Positions 42,894 to 53,200 of a DNA stretch of 64,000 bases are shown here, piece after piece. Origin of the DNA: Saprospiraceae bacterium (GTDB lineage: Bacteria > Bacteroidota > Bacteroidia > Chitinophagales > Saprospiraceae). A model generated the notes under the pieces. The model was not told where the DNA came from and ran no database searches. It saw only the letters and a list, made by a program, of their open reading frames with translations. The position numbers were made by a program, and so were the translations under genes. The first letter of the stretch is position 1; each line of letters starts with the position of its first letter. The DNA lies in NCBI GenBank assembly GCA_044350415.1, contig JBILHQ010000001.1, positions 22,257-86,256 on the forward strand, in the 5' to 3' direction.

Positions 42894-45800
42894 TTACTGT
42901 TTTACAAATTTCGCGTTGCCCAACAGGTTGCCCTGCTGGTTGAAGCCCGACAGCATATAAAGGCCGGCAGGGAAATTGGTAACCATGATTTCTGAACGGA
43001 TTTCATTAGTAACATCCAAAGAAGCAACCCGCTGACCGTAGAGGTTGAACACATCGATACGGCTTACACCATGGAAATTTTCCACAAAGAGGATATCTGC
43101 AACCGGGTTAGGCGAAACCACCATCGGTTCTGCCGGAATTGGATTGAAAATGCCTACAGACCCGCAAGCACCATCGCCAATCACGATATCATCGAAATAA
43201 GAGATAACGTCTATGCCTGTAGCGTCAATTCCAAGGTCGAAGAATACAGTAATACGTTTGTATTCTGCATTATCAGCTACCGCTGCAAAATTGTAATTCA
43301 ACTCTTCCCATTTATTGACTTCCGTATTCACTACTGGGTTTTCAATGGCCGGTGCGCCAGTCTGAGAGCCTTCCAGTTTGATCGTGAAATTGCCGATATG
43401 GTCCATGTGAACCTTCGTTTTTGCTGTTTTAACACCCTTCCAGTCGATGACTGCGTCGAGATCGGCATACATACCTGCGAAAGGAGCACCGTCACCTGCT
43501 TTTACAAACTTGCCTACTTTGCTGCTGGTATTGATGCCGGAAGCATTGGGGTTGTCGATTACTTCAAATTGATACCCCTGTGATTCAAGGGCACCATTAG
43601 CAAAATATTTGAAGTTGGCAATCGTACTGTTGACCGTCTGGTGATCGTCAATACAACCGTTGTAACCTGCGCGTCCCCATTTGATATTGTCGATATAATA
43701 AATCGTTTCTGGGTTCTCGTTGCCTGCATTGAAGAAAATACAGAGGCGCTGGTGGTTAGCGATCATTTCCGAACTGAAGTCAATATCGAATTTCTGCCAG
43801 CCATTCACCGTTGTCAGGTTGGCAAATATTTCTTTGGCAGGCGACGTGCCACCTTCCAATTTGAACAAAATCGGCACTGCGGCCGGACCGTAGACCTGAA
43901 TAGATAAGTGGTTGTAAAGGCTGAGGTCGATACCATTCGGGTACAATAAGCAAAGTGCTGTCCATGGCTCGTTGGCGGGGTCTTTGTATTGTCCCGCTTT
44001 GAGTGAACCGTTCTCTGGTGTGAGGAACGGATTATTCACGACCGTGATTTTGTCGGCACCGGCACCGTATTCATTGTTGCGCTGGCATTCAAAATCATCC
44101 GCAATAGTTGGAATAGCGATAGTACCTGCACAGGGATCAATGGTAATCTCCGTTTGCCGAAGGTTGTCAAAATACCATTTTTGACCGGATGCCGCAGTGC
44201 CTGGATTGAACAGGATACGGATTTCCTGAAAATCAGTGATGCCGGAGAATGCAGAAAAGTCGAAGCCCAAGGTTTCCCACGCACCTGGCGTAGTGATTTC
44301 GGCTTCCACTTCTTTATTGCCCTGTGTCAAAGAAACCAACTGCATCAAAACAGTACCACCCACGCCTACTGGGCTGAGGATATCAATATTCATTTGTGGG
44401 CTAACTGAAAGATCAAATGGTGTCAACGTCAAACCCTGAAGGGTAGAGAATGTGCCTGCACCTTTGGTATAACAACCCACTTTTGTCGTCACATTTACGC
44501 CACCAGCAGCTGGATTGTCCACCGGACCAGCGAAGGTGCCGTGAATACCATTATTCTGGTCGAGCCCCTGCCATCCTAAATGGATACCATCCTGAAAATC
44601 TTCCAATGGTGGCGCAGCAGTCGGTGCCGACAATTTGATGTTGTCAATATAATACACATCGCCAGCAGTACCATTGACGCCTGCATTAAAGAACACCACC
44701 CATTTGAGGTGGCCTTTGCCTGCCTGCGAACTGAAATCACCGGTGTAGGTTACCCATTTATTCAGTTCTGTGATTTGAACAGGCACCTCACTGGGAGGAT
44801 TTGGTCCGCCTTCTAATTTCAACAAAAGTAATCCTGGTTTGGAGGACCACACCTGGATAGAAAATTGATTTTTTACAGATAAATCAACAGGAGCCTGGTT
44901 ATCGATGATTAACGGATAATATTCTGTACCCGGACCTGCTGCGTCGAATATTTTACCCACTTTTGAGGAGTTATTATCGCCGCTTATATTTGGGTTGCCT
45001 ACGACATAGAGGCTGTCCCAGCTTACGGAGTAGGTGGCGTTGCGATCGCACTCGAAGTTGTCGAGGATATCGCTGTTGGGGGTAGCGCCTGCGCATGGAT
45101 TCGGCACAGCACACACATTATCAAAATAATAGGTGTCGCCACTGGTTTCCACACCCGGATCGAAGAACATCACTACCTTCGACAGACCGGTATTGGCCGC
45201 CTGTGCACTGAAGTCAAAATAATACGTCTGCCAGGCACCAGTAACGGCGATATTTTTGATTTTTTCAAAACCGCCGCCGGAGCCTTCGAGTTTGAACAAA
45301 ATCTGTGTTGGTGCAGTCGCGTAAATATCGATTTTGAACAGGTTGTTGGTGGTCATATCAAATGACGCGCCGTTGTCGGCCAAAATAAGGCTGTAAGCGT
45401 GCGCATTTGATTTGACATACTGCGCGCAATTAGCGCTGCCATTCACCTGGTTGGCACCTGGATTGGCTACCGGAGCCGTCAGGACACCGTCAAGACCTTG
45501 AAATACGAGGCCTGGAGTTTCAAAGTCAGCATAACATACTTCATTTTTCACCGCAACAAGGTCATCGAAGAAATAGGTATTGTTGCCCGGATCATTGCCT
45601 GGATCAAAGAAAATGATAATTTTTGTTAAGCCAGTCATAGCCGCTCCCGCGCTCATATCGAAAGAAAGTTCCACCCACTGGTTAGCAGCAGGCATGGTCA
45701 CTAATTTTTCAACCGCTTGTCCGGGGCCTTCAAATTTCAATAAAATCGGGGTCGCACTGGTGCTCCACACTTTCATTTTGAACAGGTTGTTCTGCGACAA

Positions 45801-46067
45801 GTTGAGGGGTTGCGCCAAACTCGGCACCCAAAAAAGGCTGTACCCAAAACCCGCTGCTTTGGTGTAAGACCCGACGAATGCGCTGCTGTTAACGGCATCT
45901 GCGCCAGGATTGGCAATTACGCCATTGTAGGTTCCATCGGGAGCGGCCCATGCCAGATCGGAGACACCTCCTTCAAAATCTTCATACACCGTTTGAGCGT
46001 TAGTAGCCGCCCAACTCAGTAGAAGTAGTAATAGCGTAAAAATTTTCTGCTTCATAAATTTTCGCAT
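42894..46067 (-). CDS. T9SS-secreted protein with six ~155-aa carbohydrate-binding-like repeat modules
   Basis: Signal peptide, then six modules. Each module has the pattern F(E/Q)....W........NP.......S..VG.Y.K......L..P.DLS..N.F...V.......IL.KLEG.......N.W....FDFS........FFN(P)G....G..YYFDN. The C-terminal sorting domain is VVSPNPVADILFV...GLYMLSGF. Confidence 0.7.
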   Translation of the reverse strand: MRKFMKQKIFTLLLLLLSWAATNAQTVYEDFEGGVSDLAWAAPDGTYNGVIANPGADAVNSSAFVGSYTKAAGFGYSLFWVPSLAQPLNLSQNNLFKMKVWSTSATPILLKFEGPGQAVEKLVTMPAANQWVELSFDMSAGAAMTGLTKIIIFFDPGNDPGNNTYFFDDLVAVKNEVCYADFETPGLVFQGLDGVLTAPVANPGANQVNGSANCAQYVKSNAHAYSLILADNGASFDMTTNNLFKIDIYATAPTQILFKLEGSGGGFEKIKNIAVTGAWQTYYFDFSAQAANTGLSKVVMFFDPGVETSGDTYYFDNVCAVPNPCAGATPNSDILDNFECDRNATYSVSWDSLYVVGNPNISGDNNSSKVGKIFDAAGPGTEYYPLIIDNQAPVDLSVKNQFSIQVWSSKPGLLLLKLEGGPNPPSEVPVQITELNKWVTYTGDFSSQAGKGHLKWVVFFNAGVNGTAGDVYYIDNIKLSAPTAAPPLEDFQDGIHLGWQGLDQNNGIHGTFAGPVDNPAAGGVNVTTKVGCYTKGAGTFSTLQGLTLTPFDLSVSPQMNIDILSPVGVGGTVLMQLVSLTQGNKEVEAEITTPGAWETLGFDFSAFSGITDFQEIRILFNPGTAASGQKWYFDNLRQTEITIDPCAGTIAIPTIADDFECQRNNEYGAGADKITVVNNPFLTPENGSLKAGQYKDPANEPWTALCLLYPNGIDLSLYNHLSIQVYGPAAVPILFKLEGGTSPAKEIFANLTTVNGWQKFDIDFSSEMIANHQRLCIFFNAGNENPETIYYIDNIKWGRAGYNGCIDDHQTVNSTIANFKYFANGALESQGYQFEVIDNPNASGINTSSKVGKFVKAGDGAPFAGMYADLDAVIDWKGVKTAKTKVHMDHIGNFTIKLEGSQTGAPAIENPVVNTEVNKWEELNYNFAAVADNAEYKRITVFFDLGIDATGIDVISYFDDIVIGDGACGSVGIFNPIPAEPMVVSPNPVADILFVENFHGVSRIDVFNLYGQRVASLDVTNEIRSEIMVTNFPAGLYMLSGFNQQGNLLGNAKFVKQ

Positions 46068-46100
46068 AAAAAAGGTTAAGTAATGAATTGTAAATTAGTT

Positions 46101-46170
46101 TAATCCCAAGTCGGTTTTTAGTCCCAGGTCAGTTAGTCCCAGGTCCGTAGCGTGTTCCCGCTTTCGACTA
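46101..46170. repeat. family-1 element, copy D (single arm / monomer)
   Basis: TAATCCCAAGTCGGTTTTTAGTCCCAGGTCAGTTAGTCCCAGGTCCGTAGCGTGTTCCCGC has no matching reverse-complement arm before the stop codon at 46174. Confidence 0.8.
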
Positions 46171-46173
46171 TTC

Positions 46174-48057
46174 TCACTGGATTATTAATTCCCGGCTCAA
46201 ATTCCTTCCATTATTATCAGAAACTTGAAGCCAATAGGTGCCGGGGGGTATTGTTTTTGTATGCCACTGTTCGTATTGTACGCCAATGACATAAATTTTA
46301 TCTTGAAAGATATTTTGTACTATTTGGCCATTGACGTCGACCAGCGATACCGAAAGTACAGTGTTGTAAAGAGTTGAAATTTCAAGGTTAACTACGCCAT
46401 TTGCAGGAGCGGGATTGGGAAAAACCAAGATATCGAAGCCATTGATTTCCAGGTCGGCTACACCTGAGACGACGGTGCTGTCCACGATAAATCCGATGGC
46501 ATCCAGTGCAGGCTGTATTTCGCTGTTCTGCATAAATAAATGCCAGAACAGGCCCGACCGCTGGTTTTCCATCATCACCACAATGGGACCCTGGTCAATA
46601 GCGAGCCAGGAATTGGCAAACCAGTTTTGGTCCTGGTTGAATGCATCTGAAAATCCAAAATCACCCCACAGTTTTTCACCAATATTGCGGTAAAAATGCC
46701 GGAGTGCGGCCACACTATTGGCGGTAGTATAGGGCATACTGGCCAATGCCGCGGTGGGCGAAATGGTGCCATTGTCGTTCGATGGGTAAATATCGTGTGC
46801 CAGATAGCCGAAGGGATCGTCGCTCGCTGTAAGTCCCCAGCAATCACCCGAGTAGCCCAAATGGTTTTCCGGATTGGCCACACTGTATGCCTGTTGAATT
46901 AAAGCGTGGTTGCGGTTGCGAATAAAATAATTGCAAAATACATCCTTTTTATTGCGGGGATCAAAACCCAAATAAGAATAATGGGCAAAAAACATGGGCC
47001 CACCGCCAAATGGTCCGGTATAAACCGGATATCCAAAATGAATGGAGTTGTTTTTGTAAGTACTATTGGCCGTCCATCCAGTTTGGTAAAGAGAAGCTGG
47101 TACGGGGTGTGTGGGCGATGCAATGGCCAGGATGTACACAATTTGCGCTTCATTAAATCCCTTGAGCGGGAAATTCATTTGCCAGGCGTAATTGGGCGAC
47201 CAGTGCCAGTACAGCACACCGCTGCCATTGCGGCGGTACCAATCCCATTCCACATCTTCCCAAATATTGGTGATGCCGTCGCGCAGCGAAATTTCCAAAG
47301 CGGTATTTCCATCGAAATATTCCCGGGCTGCCAGCAATCCCTGCATCAGAAAAGCAGTTTCGACCAAATCCCCGCCATTATCGTACTGGCTGAAAGGTAT
47401 CACGTTGCCGTTATTGCCGTTCATCCAGTGTGGAAATGCGCCGTGAAAACGATCGGCGAATTGCAGGAAGGAAATAATCTGGATCATGCGATCTACCGCA
47501 GCGTCGCGGGTAATCCAGCCTCTTTCCACGCCCGTTACTATCGCCATAATGCCAAAACCGCTGCCACCCGTAGTAATGATATCTCCAGAAGTATTTCTTT
47601 CCCGGGCCATACCGCTCACAGGATGGGCCAAATCCCAGAAATACCGGAATGCGGCACGTTGTTCCATCTCGAACAACTGGGCATCATTCATATTAAAAGT
47701 CGTGGAAGAGGAAGGTTCGGATAGGTCACTTTCGATCAATGGTCCTGCCACGGCAGTGACTTTGTAGGAACGGGTGACACCGATACCTTCATCGCCCGTC
47801 CAGTCAAAAGTATAATTTTGTTTGCCGACCTGTTTGAGAAAAGTAAAGACCATGGCATCGTCGGAACGGTAGACCTTGTAGCCTGTGACATTCGCAGCAG
47901 TTACAGCATCCCAAGTGAGTTCAATATGGCGTTCGAAAGGAACAGCCGTTAATCCGGCAGGTGGCAAAACGGTTTGCGCCTGCACCCATAATGCTGCAAA
48001 GCAACCAGCCAACCATAAATTATGGCGTAATTCTAAAATCATAAATAAAGGCTTCAC
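46174..48057 (-). CDS. GH144-like (putative glucoamylase/endo-beta-1,2-glucanase family) protein with N-terminal Fn3-like domain, T9SS-secreted
   Basis: Signal peptide and Fn3-like TWDAVTAANVTGYKVYRSDD. The catalytic-domain block is FRYFWDLAHPVSGMARERN...GGSGFGIMAIVTGVERGWITRDAAVDRM. The C-terminal sorting domain is LVFPNPAPANGVVNLEI...GTYWLQVSD. Confidence 0.7.
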   Translation of the reverse strand: MKPLFMILELRHNLWLAGCFAALWVQAQTVLPPAGLTAVPFERHIELTWDAVTAANVTGYKVYRSDDAMVFTFLKQVGKQNYTFDWTGDEGIGVTRSYKVTAVAGPLIESDLSEPSSSTTFNMNDAQLFEMEQRAAFRYFWDLAHPVSGMARERNTSGDIITTGGSGFGIMAIVTGVERGWITRDAAVDRMIQIISFLQFADRFHGAFPHWMNGNNGNVIPFSQYDNGGDLVETAFLMQGLLAAREYFDGNTALEISLRDGITNIWEDVEWDWYRRNGSGVLYWHWSPNYAWQMNFPLKGFNEAQIVYILAIASPTHPVPASLYQTGWTANSTYKNNSIHFGYPVYTGPFGGGPMFFAHYSYLGFDPRNKKDVFCNYFIRNRNHALIQQAYSVANPENHLGYSGDCWGLTASDDPFGYLAHDIYPSNDNGTISPTAALASMPYTTANSVAALRHFYRNIGEKLWGDFGFSDAFNQDQNWFANSWLAIDQGPIVVMMENQRSGLFWHLFMQNSEIQPALDAIGFIVDSTVVSGVADLEINGFDILVFPNPAPANGVVNLEISTLYNTVLSVSLVDVNGQIVQNIFQDKIYVIGVQYEQWHTKTIPPGTYWLQVSDNNGRNLSRELIIQ

Positions 48058-48185
48058 ACAACAGCACCTTTTTCTGATTTGAAATATTATTTTGAATAAA
48101 GGCTGTTACGAAGTGTAAAACTATAAGCATTCTCCCGATTTTGTGCTGTTGTATACCTCACTACTACTACGCCAAAGGAAATATT

Positions 48186-48436
48186 AGGTATGAAGTATGA
48201 AGTATCAGGTATGAAGTATGCCCGAAATCCAGGAAAATACAGGTCAGTTGGAGGGAAAGAGGGACATTAAAGGCAATTGGACCATGTGCATGAGAATGAT
48301 GGTTTTTACAAAGAGAGTCACGGAGGTATAAAGTGAATTTTACGATCTATACCATTACATATATTCAGGATTTTCTTCATACGCACTCCACATCTCCGTA
48401 GCTCTCCGTGCCTTTTCGCTGTGGTTCTCCGTGAAA
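48186..48436. repeat. composite word-repeat region (GTATGAAGTAT and CTCCGTG words)
   Basis: AGGTATGAAGTATGAAGTATCAGGTATGAAGTATG is at 48186-48220 and its complement word CTTCATAC is at 48376-83. TCACGGAG (48318) is paired with three CTCCGT(G/A) words at 48394-48435. Confidence 0.7.
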
Positions 48437-48529
48437 AAAGTTCTCACAAAGGAGAAATGAAATAGTAATGACCCTCGAGATCAGGTTATATTTTGTAAAA
48501 ATGCCGTATTTTTCGCAAAAATTTTTAAA

Positions 48530-49738
48530 ATGCGCAACATTTTACTCCTTCTTTCATTCTTTTTTTGCACTCAAACTGCATTCACTCAAAATTTTAAAGT
48601 CGTCGGTTACCTGCCTTATTACCGTTTTTCGTGGCTCAATGATATTGAGTTTCAACGCCTCACCCATGTCAATATTTCATTTGCGAATCCTGTAGACAGT
48701 TCAGGAAACCTTTCCGTAGGCGGGGTAAGTATTACGAATGCTGTTCAAAAAGCACATCAGAGTGGATGCAAAGTATTTATTTGTATCGGGGGCGGTTATC
48801 TCACGCCCGAACAAGAGGCCAGTTGGGACTATCTGGCGCTCGAGGCCAACAGGCCAGCATTCATAGAAAAAATAGTAGCTTATGTTCAGAGCCACCAACT
48901 GGATGGTGTGGATATGGACCTGGAATGGCAATATGTAAAAGATTGGTACAGCCCATTTGTCGTCGACCTAAATGCTGCCCTGGAGCCGTTGGGTTATGAA
49001 CTGACCGCAGCATTTCCGGGAAATTACCGCTATCCTAAAGTAAACAACACGGCTTTACAACAGTTTGACTGGGTCAATATGATGATTTATGACCTGACGG
49101 GCCCCTGGGACCCCAGTCAGCCGGGCCAACACTCGCCCTATTGGTGGGCCGAAGATTGTGTAAATTATTGGCTAGGCCAGAATATGCCCCCTTCCAAACT
49201 CACCTTGGGAGTGCCATTTTATGGTTACGATTTTGGCCAAAGTCCGGTGACGGCATATACTTACCGGTATATTGTGAACCAGGACACTCTCAATGCACAA
49301 GCAGACCAAACCGCTCAAATTTATTACAACGGTATTCCCACTATTAAAGCCAAGACACAACTCGCTCAGGAAAAAGTATCCGGTGTGATGATATGGGAAC
49401 TTGGGGGCGATGTTTATGGGCTGAATAAAGATTACTCCCTTTTGAAAGCGATAGATGAAGCCATTACTCCGGTCTCAAATGTAGTCGATAAGCCTATCGC
49501 AAGGAATCAGTTGCGATTGTATCCCAATCCTGCAAACGATTGGATATCAATGGACATTCCGGGTGATAAAGTGACATTGGTTTGTATTTTTGATGCGCAG
49601 GGAAGAAGGGTATTTGAAAAAAATGTGGCGGCCGAAGAAATTCCCCGAATTTCCACCAGACAATTGTTGCCGGGCATGTACAGCGTTACAGTATTAACGG
49701 CAGATGGCGTGGTGAATGGGCATTTTGTGAAGATGTAA
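48530..49738 (+). CDS. glycoside hydrolase family 18 protein (chitinase-like), T9SS-secreted
   Basis: Signal peptide. The GH18 catalytic motif is DGVDMDLEW (DxxDxDxE). The C-terminal sorting domain is LRLYPNPANDWISMDI...GMYSVTVLT. Confidence 0.85.
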   Translation: MRNILLLLSFFFCTQTAFTQNFKVVGYLPYYRFSWLNDIEFQRLTHVNISFANPVDSSGNLSVGGVSITNAVQKAHQSGCKVFICIGGGYLTPEQEASWDYLALEANRPAFIEKIVAYVQSHQLDGVDMDLEWQYVKDWYSPFVVDLNAALEPLGYELTAAFPGNYRYPKVNNTALQQFDWVNMMIYDLTGPWDPSQPGQHSPYWWAEDCVNYWLGQNMPPSKLTLGVPFYGYDFGQSPVTAYTYRYIVNQDTLNAQADQTAQIYYNGIPTIKAKTQLAQEKVSGVMIWELGGDVYGLNKDYSLLKAIDEAITPVSNVVDKPIARNQLRLYPNPANDWISMDIPGDKVTLVCIFDAQGRRVFEKNVAAEEIPRISTRQLLPGMYSVTVLTADGVVNGHFVKM

Positions 49739-49754
49739 TAGGAAATTACTCTGT

Positions 49755-49836
49755 TAGTCCCAAGTCGATCAGTCCCAGGTCCGTAGCGTACACTTGTAAA
49801 AACTGCCCTGCTTAGGTTGTATGCTACGGACCTGGG
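49755..49836. repeat. family-1 palindromic intergenic element, copy E (dimer, short right arm)
   Basis: The left side is TAGTCCCAAGTCGATCAGTCCCAGGTCCGTAGCGTAC. The right arm GTATGCTACGGACCTGGG (49819-36) matches at 17/18 positions. Confidence 0.85.
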
Positions 49837-49935
49837 TATTTACATGGAGAAACACTCAAAGGAGAGGACTGAATAGTAATTAACGTGAGTTTGGAGATAT
49901 TTACTTATTATTGAACAAATACGGCTTCTCTTTTT

Positions 49936-50092
49936 CCGTAGAGGAATATCGAACGCCGAAGTAGCGTAGAGCAGGCCTAAAAGGAGACTATTTCAGGTTT
50001 TTACTTGATTTTTCTCAGTACCAGGTGTACGCTACGTTACTTCGGTGTTCGATATTCGGTGTTCGGTGTTCGATATTCGACATTCCTCTACG
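49936..50092. repeat. family-2 palindromic intergenic element, copy G
   Basis: CCGTAGAGGAATATCGAACGCCGAAGTAGCGTAGAG pairs with TACGCTACGTTACTTCGGTGTTCGATATTCGGTGTTCGGTGTTCGATATTCGACATTCCTCTACGG. The words are the same as in copy F. Confidence 0.85.
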
Positions 50093-50199
50093 GAAATGTA
50101 GAAAATAGTTATTTTTTCCATCTAACATGCTGAATATCAAGTATATTATCGCCGGGCTCACGTTAAGTAGTAATTTCTCCCACTTTTACTGCTTAAAAT

Positions 50200-50231
50200 A
50201 AAAAAAGCTGCGCACTTTGACAATGCGCAGC
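50200..50231 (-). terminator. rho-independent terminator of the metalloprotease gene
   Basis: On the minus strand the stem is GCTGCGCA, the loop is TTGTCAAAG, the second stem arm is TGCGCAGC, and TTTTTTT follows. It lies 33 nt after the stop at 50264. Confidence 0.75.
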
Positions 50232-50263
50232 CCAATATTTAATAGCATCTCTAATCGCAATAA

Positions 50264-53200
50264 TTACATCTTACTCAACCGCATTACACCTGTATCATTT
50301 CCGTGGGTCAACCGCAGGAAGTAAACCCCAGCAGGCACATCGGTCAGATCAATGGTGGTTTGAAAGGCATTGCCATTGCATTCCAATAACAGCGTACGCA
50401 ACAGGCGGCCGGTAGCATCGTGAATTTCAGCGTGCATTGTACCCGTCGGAGCAGCGCCTATTTCCAGTTGGAAAAGGCCATATCCCGGATTAGGCGACAA
50501 CCGAACTCCCCACTCGGAAGTTGGCTCCACAATACCTGACACAATTACCGGAATGGAGAAGGTACACCCTTTGCTGTCTTTTACCACCACAGTGTACGAT
50601 CCAAAAGTCACATTCGTAAAAATTTTGCCGTTCTGGTAGTTAGCACCGTTGTTGATACTGTATTGATAAGGAGGAGTTCCACCCACTGCATTAACAGTTA
50701 CCGTCTGAGGGAAACTCACTTCGACTGTTGCTGCTACAGCAGTTGGAGGTTCGGTAATTAAAGCCGTCGTGACTTTAGTGGTTCCAATTGCATCAGTTAC
50801 AGTAACATTATAGGTGCCGGCCGGGATATTCTGCCATGGTCCGGCAGGACTCTGTACGAAGGAATAAGGTGCAACCCCTCCGGAAACAGTAAAGGCTACA
50901 GATCCATCTGATCCCCCAAAGCAGGATACATTAGTTAACGTAGTGATGATGGTGGGTGGTGCATAATTTATAGTGAATGACACTGTCGTTGAACAACCAT
51001 TTACATCAGCTACCACTACGGTATATGCGCCATTGGCAAGGGCATTAAACACACCCGACATCTGTGCCGCGCCGCCGCCCAAAGCATAGGAATAAGGTGC
51101 CGTACCGCCTACTCCTGCCACAGTTACCCCATTTCCAAGCACATTGGCTGTTGCGGATACAGGTGTGGGTTGCGTTACTATGATAGATGTCATCACCGTC
51201 ATATTCATGGCATCCAGTACTTCAAAAGTATGGTTGCCCGGCAATACATTCAGAAAGGACATGCTGCTTTGTAATATACCACCATCTAAACGGTATTGAT
51301 AAGGCGGAACGCCTCCAACTACTACAACTGTCGCAGTACCAATCACTCCATTGCAGGGAGATACGTTTCCGCTAACAACATCGGTGATCGTAAGAGCCGG
51401 CACATCTACAGTAGCGATGACGGTGGTTGTACAGCCTTTTGCATCAGTAATATTAATAGTATAGTTGCCATTTGCCAGAACAGTGAAAACGTTAGTTCCC
51501 TGTACAGCACCATTGATGGCATAAGTGTAAGTACCCGTGCCTCCTGTGGCCGTCACTGTAATCACATTTAATACCACGGCTGCAGATCCTGCAACTGCTG
51601 CCGGCTGATTAATAGTGACACCACTAGTGGTAGTAGTCGTACCATTACCATCCCGGATAACAACAGTATAGGTGCCTGCTGTGAGGCCTCCAAATGTATT
51701 AGCCGATTGAAAATCAATACCATTGAGCGAATATTCATAAGGAGGAAACCCTCCCACACCTGATGCTGTAACAGCGCCTGTTTGTTGACCAAAACAGTCA
51801 ATACCTGCAGTTTGAACAGCAGTCGCCAAAAGTGTACTTACAGAAACCGCTACTTGAGTAGTGGAAGTACAACCATTGGCATCACGGACAGTTACCGTAT
51901 AAATACCATCATTAAGATCAGCAAAAGTGCCGGTGGACTGGAAGTTACTGCCATCAATACTGTATTCGAATACTCCAGTGCCGCCAGAAGCAGCTACCTC
52001 CAGATCATCGAAGGTCACAGCAGTGGATACAGCAATAGCAGCGGGAGCCGTAAGCGTTAAGGAACCGGCGTTTTGAGTAAAGCCCAAAGCATCGGTTACG
52101 ACGATGGTGTAAGTGCCTCCGCTGAGGTTTTCAAACACATTGGATAACTGTGATACCCCTCCAGTAATGCTGTAATTTAATGGAGCAGTTCCACCTGCGG
52201 TTGTTACCGTAATTGTCCCATTATTCCCACTGTTACAGGAAATAGTAGAGGTAACAGCTACAGTGGCGTTGAGTGTATTTTGAAGAATAATGATCTGAAA
52301 TATTTGACTGTTCAGCCATCCGTTATTATTCTGGTCTAACACATCAAAATTGAATTGGTCGGCCACAGCAGTATTGCCATTGTGGGTATAGGTTACCAGT
52401 CCGGTATTGATATTGTCTTGTGTGAAAGTTGAACCTACCCCCATTGTAATACCATTCAACTGGAGTATTCCGTTTGCAGGCAAAGCGGTAAGTGTAAAGA
52501 CGCCTTGGCCCGGAGTTCCGGAAACAGCCGCTGCAAGTAACGTGCTGGTCACTGTACCTGTCGCATTGCTGGCTACAGTGAGCGGACTATTGGTCACCAT
52601 TTGCGCAACAGGAATATTGCCGGAGAAACAAAAATTCAGGCTCCACGACGTGATTTGCCCTTCATCTTCCCCTGGATAATTGTCATTTACCAAAAGTGTC
52701 CAGACTCCCTGTGCATTCTTGCCATTAAAGGACGACAGCAATCCAAGCGATTTGAAAATACCACTAATGGCTGGTGGAGTACTGTTGCAAATGTTCTCAA
52801 ATCCATCTGCCGTGGCAACAGCAGCATCATTAAAAGTGGCAACAATATTATCATTGGAGCACCCAAATTCTGCAGCGGGCGCGCCCGGGCGGTCAAACAA
52901 TCGCATAGTATCATTATCAGGCCCTATCAAAGAAGCATCAAGATCACCGATATAAGTATGCAGAATATTGATGCTGATATCTACATCCTGGATGAATTTA
53001 CTCACTGGCACATTCAATACCGATGAAACATTGGCTGATCCGCCAACTGCATCAATCAATACGGGAATATTCGTGCTTGCGTACATTTGATTGCACTGTT
53101 CAGCACCAGTCTGGAATGCATTGAAATTATTAAAACCACCTGCACCGCATTGGTTCGCACCTTTTACCCGCCAGTAATAAGGTGTTGCTAATGCCAACAG

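Noticed and set aside
48468-48695. A 75-aa ORF overlapping the GH18 start in another frame.
   Set aside because: The GH18 frame has a canonical signal peptide starting at 48530. The alternative ORF is a hydrophobic, low-complexity translation of the same DNA.
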